Source: Macrostomum lignano (taxonomy: Eukaryota). From it: 64,000 nt of DNA. The stretch spans positions 137,445 to 201,444 of the forward strand of contig NIVC01002136.1 in the NCBI GenBank assembly GCA_002269645.1. The letters are read 5' to 3'. Numbering within the stretch: position 1 is the stretch's first letter; every line of letters starts with the position of its first letter. Shown one piece after another: positions 47,906 through 64,000 of this stretch. The notes beneath the pieces are model-generated. The model saw only the letters and a list, made by a program, of their open reading frames with translations, did no database searches and was not told where the DNA came from. The translations under genes and the position numbers were made by a program.

Positions 47906-50496
47906 AAGCATTTTTGTTGGAGAGTTATTTATTGATTGGTTTCTTTATATTTAACAATTAAGACTAAAAATGGGTCAATAAAATTCAGAAATGTAAATAA
48001 ATTAACAATAGATTGTACAGTCCGGCGGAGCGCTCACAAAGTTAAAATGAGAGGGAGAAAGAGATAAATGAGCACAAGTGTACACCTGGAATACTCTAAG
48101 GAGGGCACTGGCACAATGATTGACAAGTTGCTTATTTAGGATTGGTTTATGCAATTTTATATATAGGGCTTCAAGCACTTTTAGTCTGTATTCATTTGAG
48201 CATATATGGATGGTGGAAAAGTTTCTATCTATTTGGCTGTTATAGAGCAGAGCAAGATTCCTATATTAGCTTTAATGGATTAATGCTTATTAATGATTAT
48301 CAGTTAACTTTCAGTTAATTTAACAAAATTAAGAGTTTATAAGTTAATATTTTTTGTTTTAATGCTAACACTTTTGCCATTAATGGAAGTTAAGATTTTC
48401 ATTAATGGTATCTAACACAGTTCCTTGAATCTATATTGCTTAAAACCTACTTAAACTAAAGAAGTGAAAACCATATGATCTATCATCTCTTTTGCTATTG
48501 TATACTTGTATTTTTGTGATAGTTTTTGCTATAAGGAAATTTTTAGTGCTAAATCAATAGTTTGGCATCCTATTTTTCACTTTCAAGTACCATAGGCACT
48601 AGGCTTATCAAAAAGTAACTTTTGTCACCAAGTCTAGCATTCTAAAAAATGAACTAGAAAAAGTGCCACTTAAAAAAGTAATCTATAGTACTAAAAATGC
48701 TGAAACTCAAACTTTGCTCAATACTAATTATACAATTATGCAATAATCTTGTAATAAACAAAATTATATATACAAAAATGATATCTCATTATAAGTTTTA
48801 TATGATTCAAAAATCGTATCTAAAAAATAAGCTTTATAATATAGGCCTATGTAATTTATTTAAATTTCTTTTTTTCAAAGTTTTTATTTGCCAATAGATA
48901 AATTGACTATATAATAAGCAAGCCTATAGTATTATGCATGGTTATATTATATTAATATATCAATTGGTTTCAAAATTAGTATAAATACAGAGTGAAAGGT
49001 AAAAAAAATAGACATGGCACAACTTATAGTATTTTGAGCTTATCTTCCACTTTGTTGTAAACTAGCCAAATATTCAAGTTAGGTTTATATATTCTAGTAT
49101 ATAAAGCTTTAGCAAATTTTAATTTATTATTATATTTATAATATTTAATTAATAATTTATTATTAATTTATTAACAGTTTTTAGACTAGTTTGTTCATAA
49201 ATATACTAGTATATTAGGATAATTTGGATTGAATTAGCCCTAACAATATCTATGATAGACAAATTTTGATAAACTTGTTATAAGTTCATTATCTTATAAC
49301 TATTCAATAAGATTCATATTTTTGAGCTATTGTTTTTTGCAGACAAAAGAGTGGCAGACAAACTGATAGGCAGACAAATGACTAGGTCTTTTATTGTATT
49401 AACTGCTTGTTTTAGTCTAGGCATAATTAAGAATAAAGTAAATATATAGGTATTTAAAATACATAGAATCTTTAGTTACTTACTGGTGGCCGATTTGGGT
49501 ACATTCTTTTGGCTGACTTTATGTTTTTCTGTTTAGTTGAATCAATGGTGCTGGCTTTTATATTAGTTTTTTAGTTAAAATTAGCTAGTGACAACTGTGG
49601 TCAACAATATATAATTCAATTTTATCAAATTGAATTCCAAAATATTAGATAGACCTAAAGAATAAGTGGAATCTTCAACACACAAGGTTTCTCCTATGTC
49701 AAGTAATTTAGGCCTAACTAAACAAAGTTTTAAATGGCATGGGTGTTTCACAGTAAATGACAAATTTTCTATTAGGCCTATATTTCAGACATTTGGCCTA
49801 GAAATATTTGTTGTGAATTAGTAAATATAAGACAAATTTAATTTTTACCAACCAATAACACGAATTATTCGCTTTGGTTATGTCAAAAGAAATAAATAAC
49901 TAACTTATTAGAAAGCTTACCACACCATAAAAAATCGGACAAAGAGACGAACAAATAGCAAATAACGCTTTCTTTAGTTTAAAATTACCAGATTTCGTAT
50001 AGGCATGTATAAAAATTAGTCTGAAAATATTTTTTCAATTATTTGCATTTCAGTCACTTCTGCATTTCTGAAACTTTAAGATTTTGTTTTAATTGTTTGT
50101 TTAACTTTAATTTTATAGATTACGGTGTCGACAATTGCCTTAACCTGCTGTCAATGAGAAGGGGTCGTTCCAATACGCCAAATTTTTTTAACGTCTGAGT
50201 AAATTTTTAAAGTGTGACGTTGTCCATCCAAGTAGCCCCGTCAAGGGCCGTTTTAGCATGCGGTACCAATTTATAATATTGTTAATTTAATGGTCTAGTC
50301 CTCTCACGCGTACGTCTGCTTTAAGTAGTGCCCAAAGAATTTTAAACAACTTGCGTACATTTGTAAAGCCTAAGTACAGTAGGCGATCGATAATTTCTGC
50401 TTTTTTCTCGCCGGTCAATAGAAAATCCGCGCATAAATTATATGTTAGCCTGAAATTAAGGTTTCCGCGCGCACCCACCCCCAGCCCGCGATCCTT

Positions 50497-50755
50497 GGGC
50501 CTTTTCATATTACCAATTCCAGAACCAGAATCGGTTCGGAATTCCAAGAAAAACAGCAGTATAACTATTAAACTCTGTTAATATTTGACTGCCTTAACAA
50601 CATAACTTAGCACAATTTTTCACTTTCTTCTTGGCGATTGTCATTCAATAATAAAAACTTTATAGCACGTATCTCCCTCTAGTTATGGAGACAAAAAGTT
50701 ATACTTCACAAATTGGTTCTGGTTCTGGAACCAGAACAAGCAATATGAAAAGGCC
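50497..50755. repeat. Bipartite inverted repeat with ~190-bp spacer
   Basis: ttctggttctggaa (14/14) and aatatgaaaaggccc (15/15) occur on the - strand at 50497-50530 and on the + strand at 50717-50755. Confidence 0.8.
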
Positions 50756-52611
50756 CCTTATCAGTCCTGTCTGGCTGGGGCGCTCGGGGTTATCCCGCCT
50801 TAGACCCCTTAGACCTTTGCCACCCCGGCACTCCTTGTTTGCTTGCCTTCTCTCTCCGCCTCGCTCCGCCACAGTTCTAAACCACGCCTCTGCCAAATCT
50901 CAGTCACGCCACCTCTACTGTCTGTACGGCTAGCTCTCGCTACGAGCACCGCCACCACGTACGTTCACCGCCATCACATCGTCACCATTGCCTCAGGCTC
51001 ATCGACTCACTCTATCGTCTACCATCTATATTTTTGTTGCGTAGCCGCCCAGTGCATTTCTTACGGATTCAGCAAGTACTCTGATCTATCTCTGTTGACC
51101 ACACCCAGACGGAATTGATAATAGCAAGCCTCCTCTCATACGGTTACAATAAACAAAGACTGCTGCCGTTGCCCGCATCAGTCGGTACTAGCATCAAGTG
51201 CTACCGCTACAAAATTTGCCTCTGCCGTGTTTGTCTTCGTTGATTACTTTCGAGGCCACCGGATAATCGTCACAAAAGGATCGAAACGTCATACAAGGCT
51301 GAAATCTCATAACGCCGAAAATTCAAGATTCAGCATCTTTCACTAGACCGAAAATTTGTAACGCCATAGCCAAAAAAGACACGTTTTTATCTTCAATCTC
51401 ATACAAACTCCATTCACTTTAGACAATCGGAAGTTGAACTCTAGCTCTGTACATGTAAATCTACATTTACCGGTATTTTAGACAAACTCTTATCAATATA
51501 GACAGCAGGCACAAATAATTTGTATGAGGAAGAAAGCATATGTTGTTTGGAACAAAACTTCATTTCATTTTCGCTATAGATCGCTAGGATCGCTAGCACA
51601 GCTGGGATAAAATACTCCTTCGGCGGAAGGGTGGGCGCCCACCTAACCAAAACGAGACATTGGGCGAACGACCAAGCGCCAACAATATAATGGCTTTCTT
51701 CCTCATACAGTACAAATTTGTGCTTGCTGTCGATATTAAATAGGAGTTTGTCTAAAATGAATGTAGATAGAGAATAGAATGTTCAAAAAGACCATAGAAG
51801 ACCATCAACATACAGTCAGTACAGAGCTTAGAAGTGTCGAAGCTGCTGCATGTATTGTCTAAAGTGAATTGGAGTTTGAATGAAGGTAAAATGGTGTACT
51901 TACAAGGGCCTCTCACAAGAACTTAGTGTCCGAAAGACATAAAGACCAAAAGTTAAAGACCAAAACTTTTAAGAACTTAGCCTTAACTCTAACCCAAACC
52001 AACTTTACTCCGGTCTTGCACGTAACTCATACCCATCAACATTCAGACATGCAAGGACCACGTAGGTTACCGTGGTCCTTGCATTCATAAATTTCAGCTT
52101 CCACATTATAAAAGTACGTCGTTCATGCTGTCTCGAGGTAAATAAAGTATTTTCTTTCATCTATGATTAAAATTTTTAGTTCTTTTAAATAAAAATTATT
52201 GGAAAGAGCATTCAGTTATTTTAATCATATTTTGTGCAAGTTTAATTCGTTTACGTACATCATGCACATGTATACATGCATATGCCATGGCTATTTTTTC
52301 CTGTTGATTTAAAGGGTCACATGGATACATACATTCACATTCATGTAAATACATACATACCTTGTATGTCCACGAACTAGATCGAGGTTTGCTTTTTAAT
52401 TTTTGAAATACGCCATGTACGAGCGTAAGTAACAGTGGTACATTCTGTATTTAAGTGCCCTACTGCCCCATACATGTACATGTACATACCTTTACATTGA
52501 TTCGAATGCATATACGAGTTCACATGTACATGTACAATTAATTGTACCCGTACGAACGTACGTCTTCTGTAAATGTCATACATGTACAACCATGTAAATT
52601 ATACAGTAGCA

Positions 52612-55600
52612 TCACAACTCATTGAAGGTGACCCCCATCCCTGCACTGTTCCGAATGCCAACGCCGCTCGGCTGTTTGATAGTTCCACAGTCAGCATCAT
52701 CGTCTGCACTTTTACTATTCCGAGTTGCTGGTCGCCCGCGGCCAATGAAACGCAGGCGACCGCCTTCCCGACCGCGCCTTTTGCGACGCCGACGTCCAGC
52801 AGCTGATCTGCTGATTGCCGCGGCGTGCTCCGGCGACGCCTTGACGATGCCCAGCCGCCTGCCTAACCGCCGGACCTTTTGAATGGCCTCCTCTTGCATC
52901 AGCTTGAAGCACATGGCGAATACGGACAGGCCGACGGCCACGTAGATGCAGGTGGCAATCAGCTTCTCTTTGGGGTTCTTTGGATCGATCTCGGTGCCTG
53001 CAGAAGTGTTAAAAAGAGTTTTGAATTACATTCTGGTATAGTAAAGGAGATTTCTAAACTCTCCGCATGGCGCCACCCAAACTGTCAGCATGGCGCCACC
53101 CAAACTCTCCGCATGGCGCCACCCAAACTCTCCGCATGGCCCCACCCGAACTCTCAGCATGGCACCACCCAAACTCTCCGCATGGCGCCACCCAAACTCT
53201 CAGCATGGCGCCACCCAAACTCTCAGCATGGCCCCACCCAGAACTCTGCGCATGGCGCCACCCAAACTGTCCGCATGGCGCCACCCAAACTCTCCGCATG
53301 GCGCCACCCAAACTCTCCGCATGGCACCACCCGAACTCTCCGCATGGCGCCACCCAAACTGTCCGCATGGCGCCACCCAAACTCTCCGCATGGCGCACCC
53401 AAACTCTCCGCATGGCACCACCCAAACTCTCAGCATGGCCCCACCCAGAACTCTGCGCATGGCCCCACCCAAACTGTCCGCATGGCGCCACCCAAACTCT
53501 CAGCATGGCCCCACCCGAACTCTGCGCATGGCGCCACCCAAACTGTCCGCATGGCGCCACCCAAACTGTCCGCATGGCGCCACCCAAACTCTCCGCATGG
53601 CGCCACCCAAACTGTCCGCATGGCGCCACCCAAACTCTCAGCATGGCCCCACCCGAACTCTCAGCATGGCCCCACCCGAACTCTGCGCATGGCGCCACCC
53701 AAACTGTCCGCATGGCGCCACCCAAACTGTCCGCATGGCGCCACCCAAACTCTCCGCATGGCGCCACCCAAACTGTCCGCATGGCGCCACCCAAACTCTC
53801 AGCATGGCGCCACCCAAACTCTCAGCATGGCGCCACCCAAACTCTCCGCAGGGCGCCACCCAGAACTCTGCGCATGGCGCCCCTAAGCTCATGTTTCATA
53901 AAGCGTATCGCCGATTCATATCCAAGCTTTTTTAGCAGCAAGAAGACTTAAAAGTACGTGCTCGATGTATTGCAGCTATACTGTAATGTTATTTGTCGAC
54001 ATAATTAGTACATGCTGAAGGTATTTCAGGCTTATGGCTGGGTAATAGTAGTCTTTGGTTTTAGATTGAGTTTATTAAAAGTTCTCACGCTATTAGAACT
54101 ATCAATCTCAGCTCAAACAAACCCGCCGAACAGTTCGGAGTTGTTTGAAGACAATCGTGTGCATCTTTGACTGCACTGCATTTTGCTGCAAAAGCAACAA
54201 ATTCTCAGCAAATTAACTGCGACTCAGTTGGCTTTTAAGCAAGGGTCAGAGAAAAATGTCTCACTGTGTTTTAAGCCCTAAAACGAGCTCAATTTAATAG
54301 CTAACAGACACAATTGATAGCTGTCAAGAGATGAAGCTGAGAAGCTGAGAGGCCAACAATTAATCTTGCTCGAATGGTTTCTGCATGGTCTATTTTCCTT
54401 TTATAATTGCCGCTACGCTTTTGCGGCAGTAGAAAGTATGAGAAATTATTATTCATAATTGTGCTACTTAGCGGACCGTGGGAAGCGGCAGGTGGACTCT
54501 GAGACCTACGCAGCTCTAATTCGCCCCGCTGTCTCCCTTGCTATCGCTGAGTAGCTGCTGCATCGTCTCTGAAGCGTGAACATTTCCTGCACCGGTCTGG
54601 AACGCACCGAAAGCTCCGTTGCACAAGGACTGCTACGGTTCTGAGTGACCGCGGTGATCTCTGACTCACTGACTTCGTCTCTGACTTCTCTCTTTCTATA
54701 GTTGATTCTTTAGTATAGTGGCTTCACCCCTCGCGCTCGGATGTAATTGAAACTGCATAATGATTTTTTAAAGAGCAAACTTTCCTTTCTAAAAGAGCAA
54801 CGAAATCATTGTACATGTTCGTCTGCATAACCATTTTCAATGGTTGCTCAGGTTACTCAGGTTGTTTTTAGTTACAAGCGTTACAAGTTACATGTTACAA
54901 GGGTTGGTCCTCAAGAGCGTTAATTTCACGAGCAGAGTCAATCCGATATTCCCAATTTAGCCCTAAGTTAATGTGACTGACGGCGCTTGGAATCGAGCCT
55001 GGGCCGCTGGCACATCATAGCGCCGCGCTGGACCTCTAGTCTCAGAGGTAACCTAGAATTACTCTTTTGAAAAAAACTATTTTGGGGTAGGAGTGTCACT
55101 TCCCTATCTCCAGTGTTCCCAGCTCTGGGTCGGGCTCCTCCGATTCTTATTTTGTTTTTCAATTTTGACATCCCTCTCAAATCTGCATGAGTTTCCAGGG
55201 CCTCGGAGCGGATCGAACGCTGCGGGGGGCCTACTCTGAGCGGCGGGAAAAAGCGTTAGACTTGGGAAGTAATCATTTTTCAAAGGAAATCACCATTCCA
55301 TTGGCGGCCTCTTGAGAGGCATACTGTATGGCAGCGTATCGAGCGCCAGCTAGAAGGGCCCTCATCGCCCTGGCTGGGCCCGCTGCCGCCTTACCTGGCA
55401 CAATGTCGCCAAAACCGATTGTGCTCAGCGTGATGAAGCAGAAGTAGGACCACTTCACGTAGTCCCTATTCTCCCAGATGGTGAATAGAAATGAGCCCAG
55501 CACAACATATCCGACCATGAGTGTCACTGAGAGACTCAGCGGCACCGTCACTTTGCGCAATCTCCGGCTCACAGACAGCCGCTGGAGTCGATCGAGTCGA

Positions 55601-57813
55601 CGGCGAAGATCCAGCAGCCGCTGCATTCGGTGGTGGTTCTGTCCGCCTGCGGCGAGGTCTCCTGGAACAGCGACGGCTCCGGCAGCCACGGCAGCGCTGG
55701 CCGCAATGCTGCTGGGGCCAATCGAATTCTCCAAGTCATGGCTGACCGCCAGTGCTTCAATGTCCAGCGAGCCAACAATCTCCAATGGGTTGGAAGATGC
55801 CAGCGACATGGTCGACGATGAGGATGAGTCTTCAAAAGAGGGATGCTCCGGACTTGGTAGGCTGATGTAGCTGATGCATCTGGGCAGCGGCTCGGCCTCC
55901 CGCTCAACCTCGTTAACTGTTTTGACGCCGGCTGCTGGTCCAGAAAAATCCCAATCGATGACGGTCCAATCAACCAGCGGTGCCGCGCATTGTGACGGTG
56001 CTCTCGCGAGGTTAGTGGTGGTGGGCGCTTCTGGCACCGAGCGACTGCGGACAAGCGGCGTGCGGACCTGCGGACGAGCTGCCGTAGCCGGGAGAATCCT
56101 AGCTGTGGCGACGCCCCGCCGAACCCTCGTCGAGTCCTGACCGGAGGAGTCGACGGCGGCTGGGTTGATTTCGACCGGCTTCGCTTCAAACAGAAGATCC
56201 CGCTTTGTGCGCGACGACTCTGGAAGCGGCGTCTCTCTGGCGTGAGCCGCAGATTCCGATGCCGTGCGAGACAACGGCCTAGCAAAATCGGTTTTGACGC
56301 GAACAATATCGAATGCCTCTCGGTGGCGACTCCTTCGTCGGGTTGTCTCACTGTCGTTGCCCTCTCCGTTGTCTTGCCGGTCAAAAAGGCGCATGCGTTT
56401 CAACCGCGGCCGGCAGGTGTTACTGTACAGGTAGCGGAACCCGTCGGCAAGGTAGTCACCGATGTTATTCAGGTAGAGAAACATTAGCGGTATGCCGAGG
56501 AACGCACAGGCCATGGTACCCAGCATGCCCTCCAGTGTCTTCGGCACCGCGTGTCCGTAGCCTACAGATGCATATGATTTGGCTTGAAGCTGATTTGATG
56601 TAATGGAAAACTTGTGCAGTTTTGGAGTCTCTGATCCTATAGCTATATACGCTGCCTCCCAGCTGGGCGCCAGAGCAAGTCACTGCACTCTTCCCAGCTG
56701 GGTAATATTTCTGCTTGACTTCCCGTCGCTATCACCCCGGGGCATAGCACAGATTGAAAATGAATAAACAAAGAAGCATATATCCCGAATGGTTCTACAG
56801 CTTTGCCGCTAATCAGAGACTGCTTCTCGTACAACAAGGCGAACGTTTACGGCTTAAGAACATCCGGCTGTCTTTCAATCATCGTCTATTTTCAGATCCT
56901 GTCTCTCGGGCTGGCCCAGAATGATACCTATATCAATTTTGCACCATATGAACACTTTGGTTGCCCTGATGTTGCATTAATTATGATATCCTCGTCGCCA
57001 AATGAGCCGGCATGTGGGAACGACTTCTACCCCACTGCTTAAAGAAGTAGCCTGAGAATCCCGGACAGTGCACTGCTTCGCTGCAGCGAAGAGCGGTATA
57101 AACGATATGCAACAGCATATTTTATGTCTATTAGCAGCTATTTTCTAGGGCACAGTAATATCGATAGCAGCCGTCATGCTAGTTATAATAAGTCTGCCAC
57201 CCCGTCACTGCAGTCAGTCGAAAAGTGCAACCAAGGGAGCGGTCAAGAGCTCGACAAACTCACCGATAGTTGTGATAATTGTGACCACAAACAGCAGCGC
57301 CCCCGGCAAGTTCCAAGTGTACTCGTGCTCCTGCAAGCTGCCATTCCAACCGTCCTCCTTCACATACTTGGTAATGTTGGCCACAACCTGAGCGAGGGTC
57401 TCGTTGGCCAGGTGGCCCAGTTTAGCCAGCTGACTGTCGGTCAGGAAGCACCTGCTGCTCGAATTTTCTCGAATTTCCACGACACTCTCGGAGCAGAGCA
57501 GCCGCTTCTGCCTGCTAAGAAACGTCGCCAGAGTGTTATTCTTGAACCGCCGAATCTGCTCACGCAGACTGAGCTCGAAAGGCAGCTCGATGGCTTGGAA
57601 GGCGAGACCGCCAGCTAGGATGTAGGCGACAATGAGGCAGGACAGTCCAATGTGGCTGAAAGTGAAGGCCAGAAACTTCTTGCAGAAGGTGCCCGCTTGT
57701 CGGAGTTGTCTCCGTCGGCGCTCGCGCTTCTTCAATCGGCGCCGTTCCAGCCGGGACAGACGCTGACGTCGCGATGATGACGACGCCACCGACACCTGGC
57801 GTTCAGTGGGCAT
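52612..57813 (-). CDS. Two-pore-domain K+ channel (K2P/TWK family); exons 57813-57264, 56561-55395, 52997-52612
   Basis: M1 HIGLSCLIVAYILAGGLAFQAIE; P1 WNLPGALLFVVTIITTIG|YGHAVPKT; M2 AFLGIPLMFLYL; P2 YFCFITLSTIGFGDIVP|G; M4 YVAVGLSVFAMCFKLMQEE. Both introns are phase-1 GT-AG. Confidence 0.93.
53055..53880. repeat. 23-bp minisatellite in K2P intron 2
   Basis: Unit catggcgccacccaaactctccg. Confidence 0.95.
54945..55045 (-). mobile_element. 3'-truncated SINE family A head
   Basis: The reverse strand ggtccagcgcggcgctatgatgtgccagcggcccaggctcgattccaagcgccgtcagtcacattaac matches 3370-3435. Confidence 0.7.
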
Positions 57814-58869
57814 TTGGATTTGTCGCTTGCAGGACTGAGGGTGCTACCTACCGGGGATTCAGCATATTTTCCACCTTAATCCGCTTTCAACTCAGCTCGG
57901 TCTTCCCATCCACCGCGCCTATGCAGCCAGCCAATGAAAGCGAGGCTGTCATTCCCCAAGCGAAGTCTTTCTTCCTTCCCGACGACTGCTGCAAGCTTGC
58001 AGTGTCAGCCCAGCAAAGCAGTGTTTGTCGGAGGCAAAGTATTGCATAGCAAACTCTGCCGGGCGACTTAACTCTCTTAGCATGATTTCAGCTTCACATA
58101 AGCAATGAAGTTATTCAACTCAACTGGAGGGGTTGGGGGCAAGCATTGTATACGAATGCAAACACTTTGCAGTGTTGCAGGTGAGCAGAGTACGAGTAGT
58201 TTACAGTTTTGCACTCGCTGCTTTCTCAAACAGCGTGATCCTTAAGTTTCAATGCATGCATTTTACAGCCGCCCACTCAAGATATTTGATATATTAATAT
58301 CTTAGAAGCTAAGACTAGAGTCTGACTAGTAATGCATTTGAGCAGTTTCAGAGTCAGAAATAGAGTATCACGCTTATTTGTGATGCTCTCGTCACGCCGC
58401 ATCGCGCACTGGTCATTGTGAGTGGAAATATAGCTATAGAACAAGAATAGGCTAGCGGTCCACGCGTCCAGCCGTCTAACAGGCCCAGCGCGCCTTGAGC
58501 AGTGCGTCACAGTTAGTTATACCTCTCCAACCCACACACAGAGTGCCGAGTAAGTCCATGAGAAGCAGCGAAGGCTTTGCGCTTTTTATCTAGATAAATG
58601 CTAACTGTTCGCTACTAGACCCTGGGCAATTGTCACTACGGCAGTCGCAAAATAAAAAAAATAACTTCCATCTTTCAAACCTTTTTACAGCCTCCCAGGC
58701 CCATAAAATCACTCAGCAGCATCGTGATATCACTCGGCCCACGCCACGCCACTTCGTACCCCATTAACGGAGCAATTTCGCTCGCTTAATGAGGGCTGCC
58801 CAATAGCTTTAACCAGCTGCGACAATGTAGCCGTCGCATTGTCTTACTCGTCTGTCTGTTCTATTCAAG

Positions 58870-58959
58870 ATGGCGACTATAAAAGAAGTGCAGATTATGA
58901 ACTCTGTTAGAGACTACTTGAGCCCACTCAGACTAAGGAGCCTGACATCATATTTTTAA
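58870..58959 (+). promoter_or_regulatory. Candidate 29-aa uORF / YY1-like motif upstream of HUNK
   Basis: caagATGGCG context; the ORF MATIKEVQIMNSVRDYLSPLRLRSLTSYF* ends 10 nt before the kinase ATG, in another frame. Confidence 0.4.
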
Positions 58960-58969
58960 TGCTATTACA

Positions 58970-61488
<2,519 letters not shown>

Positions 61489-61925
61489 TAGTATGATCGA
61501 GTCACTTCCGTCTTGCCTGACACATCATCAGCACCTTCCCATGATTTTCTCAACCATTTTCTCCCTCATCCTTCATCCTCAATTGTTTCGTTTTCAATAA
61601 CAAAATGCCTGCCGTCCAACGATGCTAGCAACAAGCTGTAAAGTTTGCTTCTAAATTCTAAATTTTAGTTTTTGCAATTGCCTAGTAGTGCAGCCGCCAT
61701 GTATTCATGAGCAGCTTGAGTTGCCAAGCCTTCGGTAGAGACTTCTCAGTAAAGCGCTTTGAAGAACGAGATTCTCAAGGACCTCGAGTGCAGATGGCAA
61801 AGCGGAATTCGGGGAAAACAAAGGAGAGCAACTGCAGCTCGTAAGCATGCCGAAATGTCAGAGCGCTTTTGAGATATTTGAGTATGTAAACAGTATCTCC
61901 ATTGATTAAAAGTACTTAATTTATA

Positions 61926-62385
<460 letters not shown>

Positions 62386-63229
62386 ACAGACTGGCAGACC
62401 GACAGAAAACCACTTTTAATTGAAGAAGAATGGATGAGAGATCTTTCGTGTTGTGTTTCAAGTGCACTTGTCTCTCCTAGGGCCAAGAATATTCGACCCT
62501 CCGCTCTGCGCATCTCTCCTGCGCTCACTCCAGTACTTTTTTGAGTGCCGATGAGCTGCCAGCTGTGCCTCATCAAGATCGCTCTTAAGATTTGAAGATT
62601 TCCAGCCAGAGGGACTGCTCGGTAGCGCATTCTGGAGAACTCGTGCAGAGTGTACGGTAGAACTGTACTATAGATTTTACTCTATGTAAAAGATCTCTTA
62701 TTGAGATTCAAGCGTTGCGATAATTCGGTCTCAACCCATCTCATCTATCTAATGCATAATTGAGAAGCCTCAATGCCGCTCCCAAAAAGCAACACCAAAG
62801 GCTCTTAAACACGAAAAAAAGCCAACTCACGAAAGAAAAGTTACTATTGAGACTTTTTAGCCGGCTTAGCGAATTCCATTCAAGCAATGGGTCTCGAAGA
62901 AGCAGAAGCAGATGTCAGGGATGGCTGCAAGCATAGATGGAATAATGCTCAAGCATCAAGGAACTTTCTCACGCACTATAGCAGACTGGCTGAGTGAGCA
63001 GCTACTCAAGGGGACTCATTTGCTCAGCAGTATTGGATTAATGCGGCATCCTCACGGCACTGGGCCTGAGGGCGGTGATCGATCACTGCATGGCAACTCC
63101 ATCATTCGACACGCTCTCAGAATCCTTTTCACTCCATTATGAGAATCATCTTACACAGTCGGCTTCATGAGCATCATCGATTATTGAGGCATTGCGGAGG
63201 CTGCTTAAGCTTCTAAACGCTGTTACCTG

Positions 63230-63525
63230 TCCATAGACATGTCACACATGCCTTCACTATAGACAAGACACATATCACAGTGCCATAGACACATGTCATA
63301 ATGTACCATAGAACATGCCGTACCATAGACACACGCCATATGTACCATAGACACACGCACATATGTACTATAGACACATGCCAGTACCATAGACACACGC
63401 CATATGTACCATAGACACGCCATATGTACCATAGACACACGCCATATGTACCATAGACACATGCCAGTACCATAGACACAGCCATATGTACCAAGACACA
63501 CGCCATATGTACTATAGACACATGC
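63230..63525. repeat. Degenerate ~22-24-bp repeat
   Basis: Unit ccatatgtaccatagacacacg. Confidence 0.85.
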
Positions 63526-63927
63526 AGTTCCAAATCAGACGTATCAAATAGCATCTGCTCCGAACTACGGCAAGGAATTCAGTATTGATGAAAGTTATAG
63601 AAATTCTTGGCTGCAGAAATTCTGCATTCTGATTGGCTGAATTCAGCACCAGATGTGTTATCTGCTGTATAAGTAACGCCGTTTATTACTAATGATTTGC
63701 TAATTTCCAAAATCAGTACAAGAAAGCTCACCTATTACAAGCCTGTTAAAATGCACCCACCGTAAAACTGGCCCTCGCTCTGATAGCTCTGATTCACCTG
63801 ATTGATTACCCAGCTCTCGCCTTGAACCAACCGGGTAAGACAGCGAGAAACTTCTTTCAAACTTAATATCAAGAAAATTCTCATTTTTCTACCCTAGTTG
63901 ATTCTGTCCCAATTTATTAAATTTCAG

Positions 63928-63984
63928 ATTTTTCACCTGAAGAAATTGCCAGCCTTAATGAGGCTATGGAAAAGCGATTTGCAG
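63928..63984 (+). CDS. Possible internal coding exon of a gene continuing beyond the window
   Basis: tttcag|...gcag|gtaaac; 57-nt symmetric phase-1 exon encoding DFSPEEIASLNEAMEKRFA. No family recognised. Confidence 0.3.
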
Positions 63985-64000
63985 GTAAACACCTATTCTG

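Noticed and set aside
53054-53951. 250-335-aa repetitive ORFs
   Set aside because: They derive from the 23-bp intronic minisatellite of the K2P gene.

Overview
Eukaryotic (metazoan invertebrate) genomic DNA with GC-rich exons, AT-rich spacers, short GT-AG introns and very dense minisatellites. This style resembles a free-living flatworm such as Macrostomum, which is inference only. Genes reconstructed by hand from splice sites and reading phase: the 3' end of a ROS1/Sevenless-like receptor tyrosine kinase (+); a 13-exon, 910-aa DSL (Delta-type) Notch-ligand-like gene with a ~300-aa tyrosine-motif-rich tail (-); two near-identical intronless secreted WSC-domain genes flanking a remnant of a paralogous DSL tail (-); a compact same-strand trio NDUFA13-BOLA1-TPRG1L that looks operon-like (+); groucho/TLE (-); a two-pore K+ channel (-); and, head-to-head with it, a HUNK-like kinase (+). 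Groucho/TLE has a 14-nt micro-exon, a frame-incompatible cassette exon and a different minisatellite in nearly every intron. Mobile elements: a tRNA-derived SINE family (5 copies), two CORE-like SINEs (one 5'-inverted), hAT-type MITEs with CT-rich interiors, and a Penelope GIY-YIG fragment. No rRNA, intact tRNA or CRISPR array is supported. All homology calls are by motif recognition; no database searches were run.
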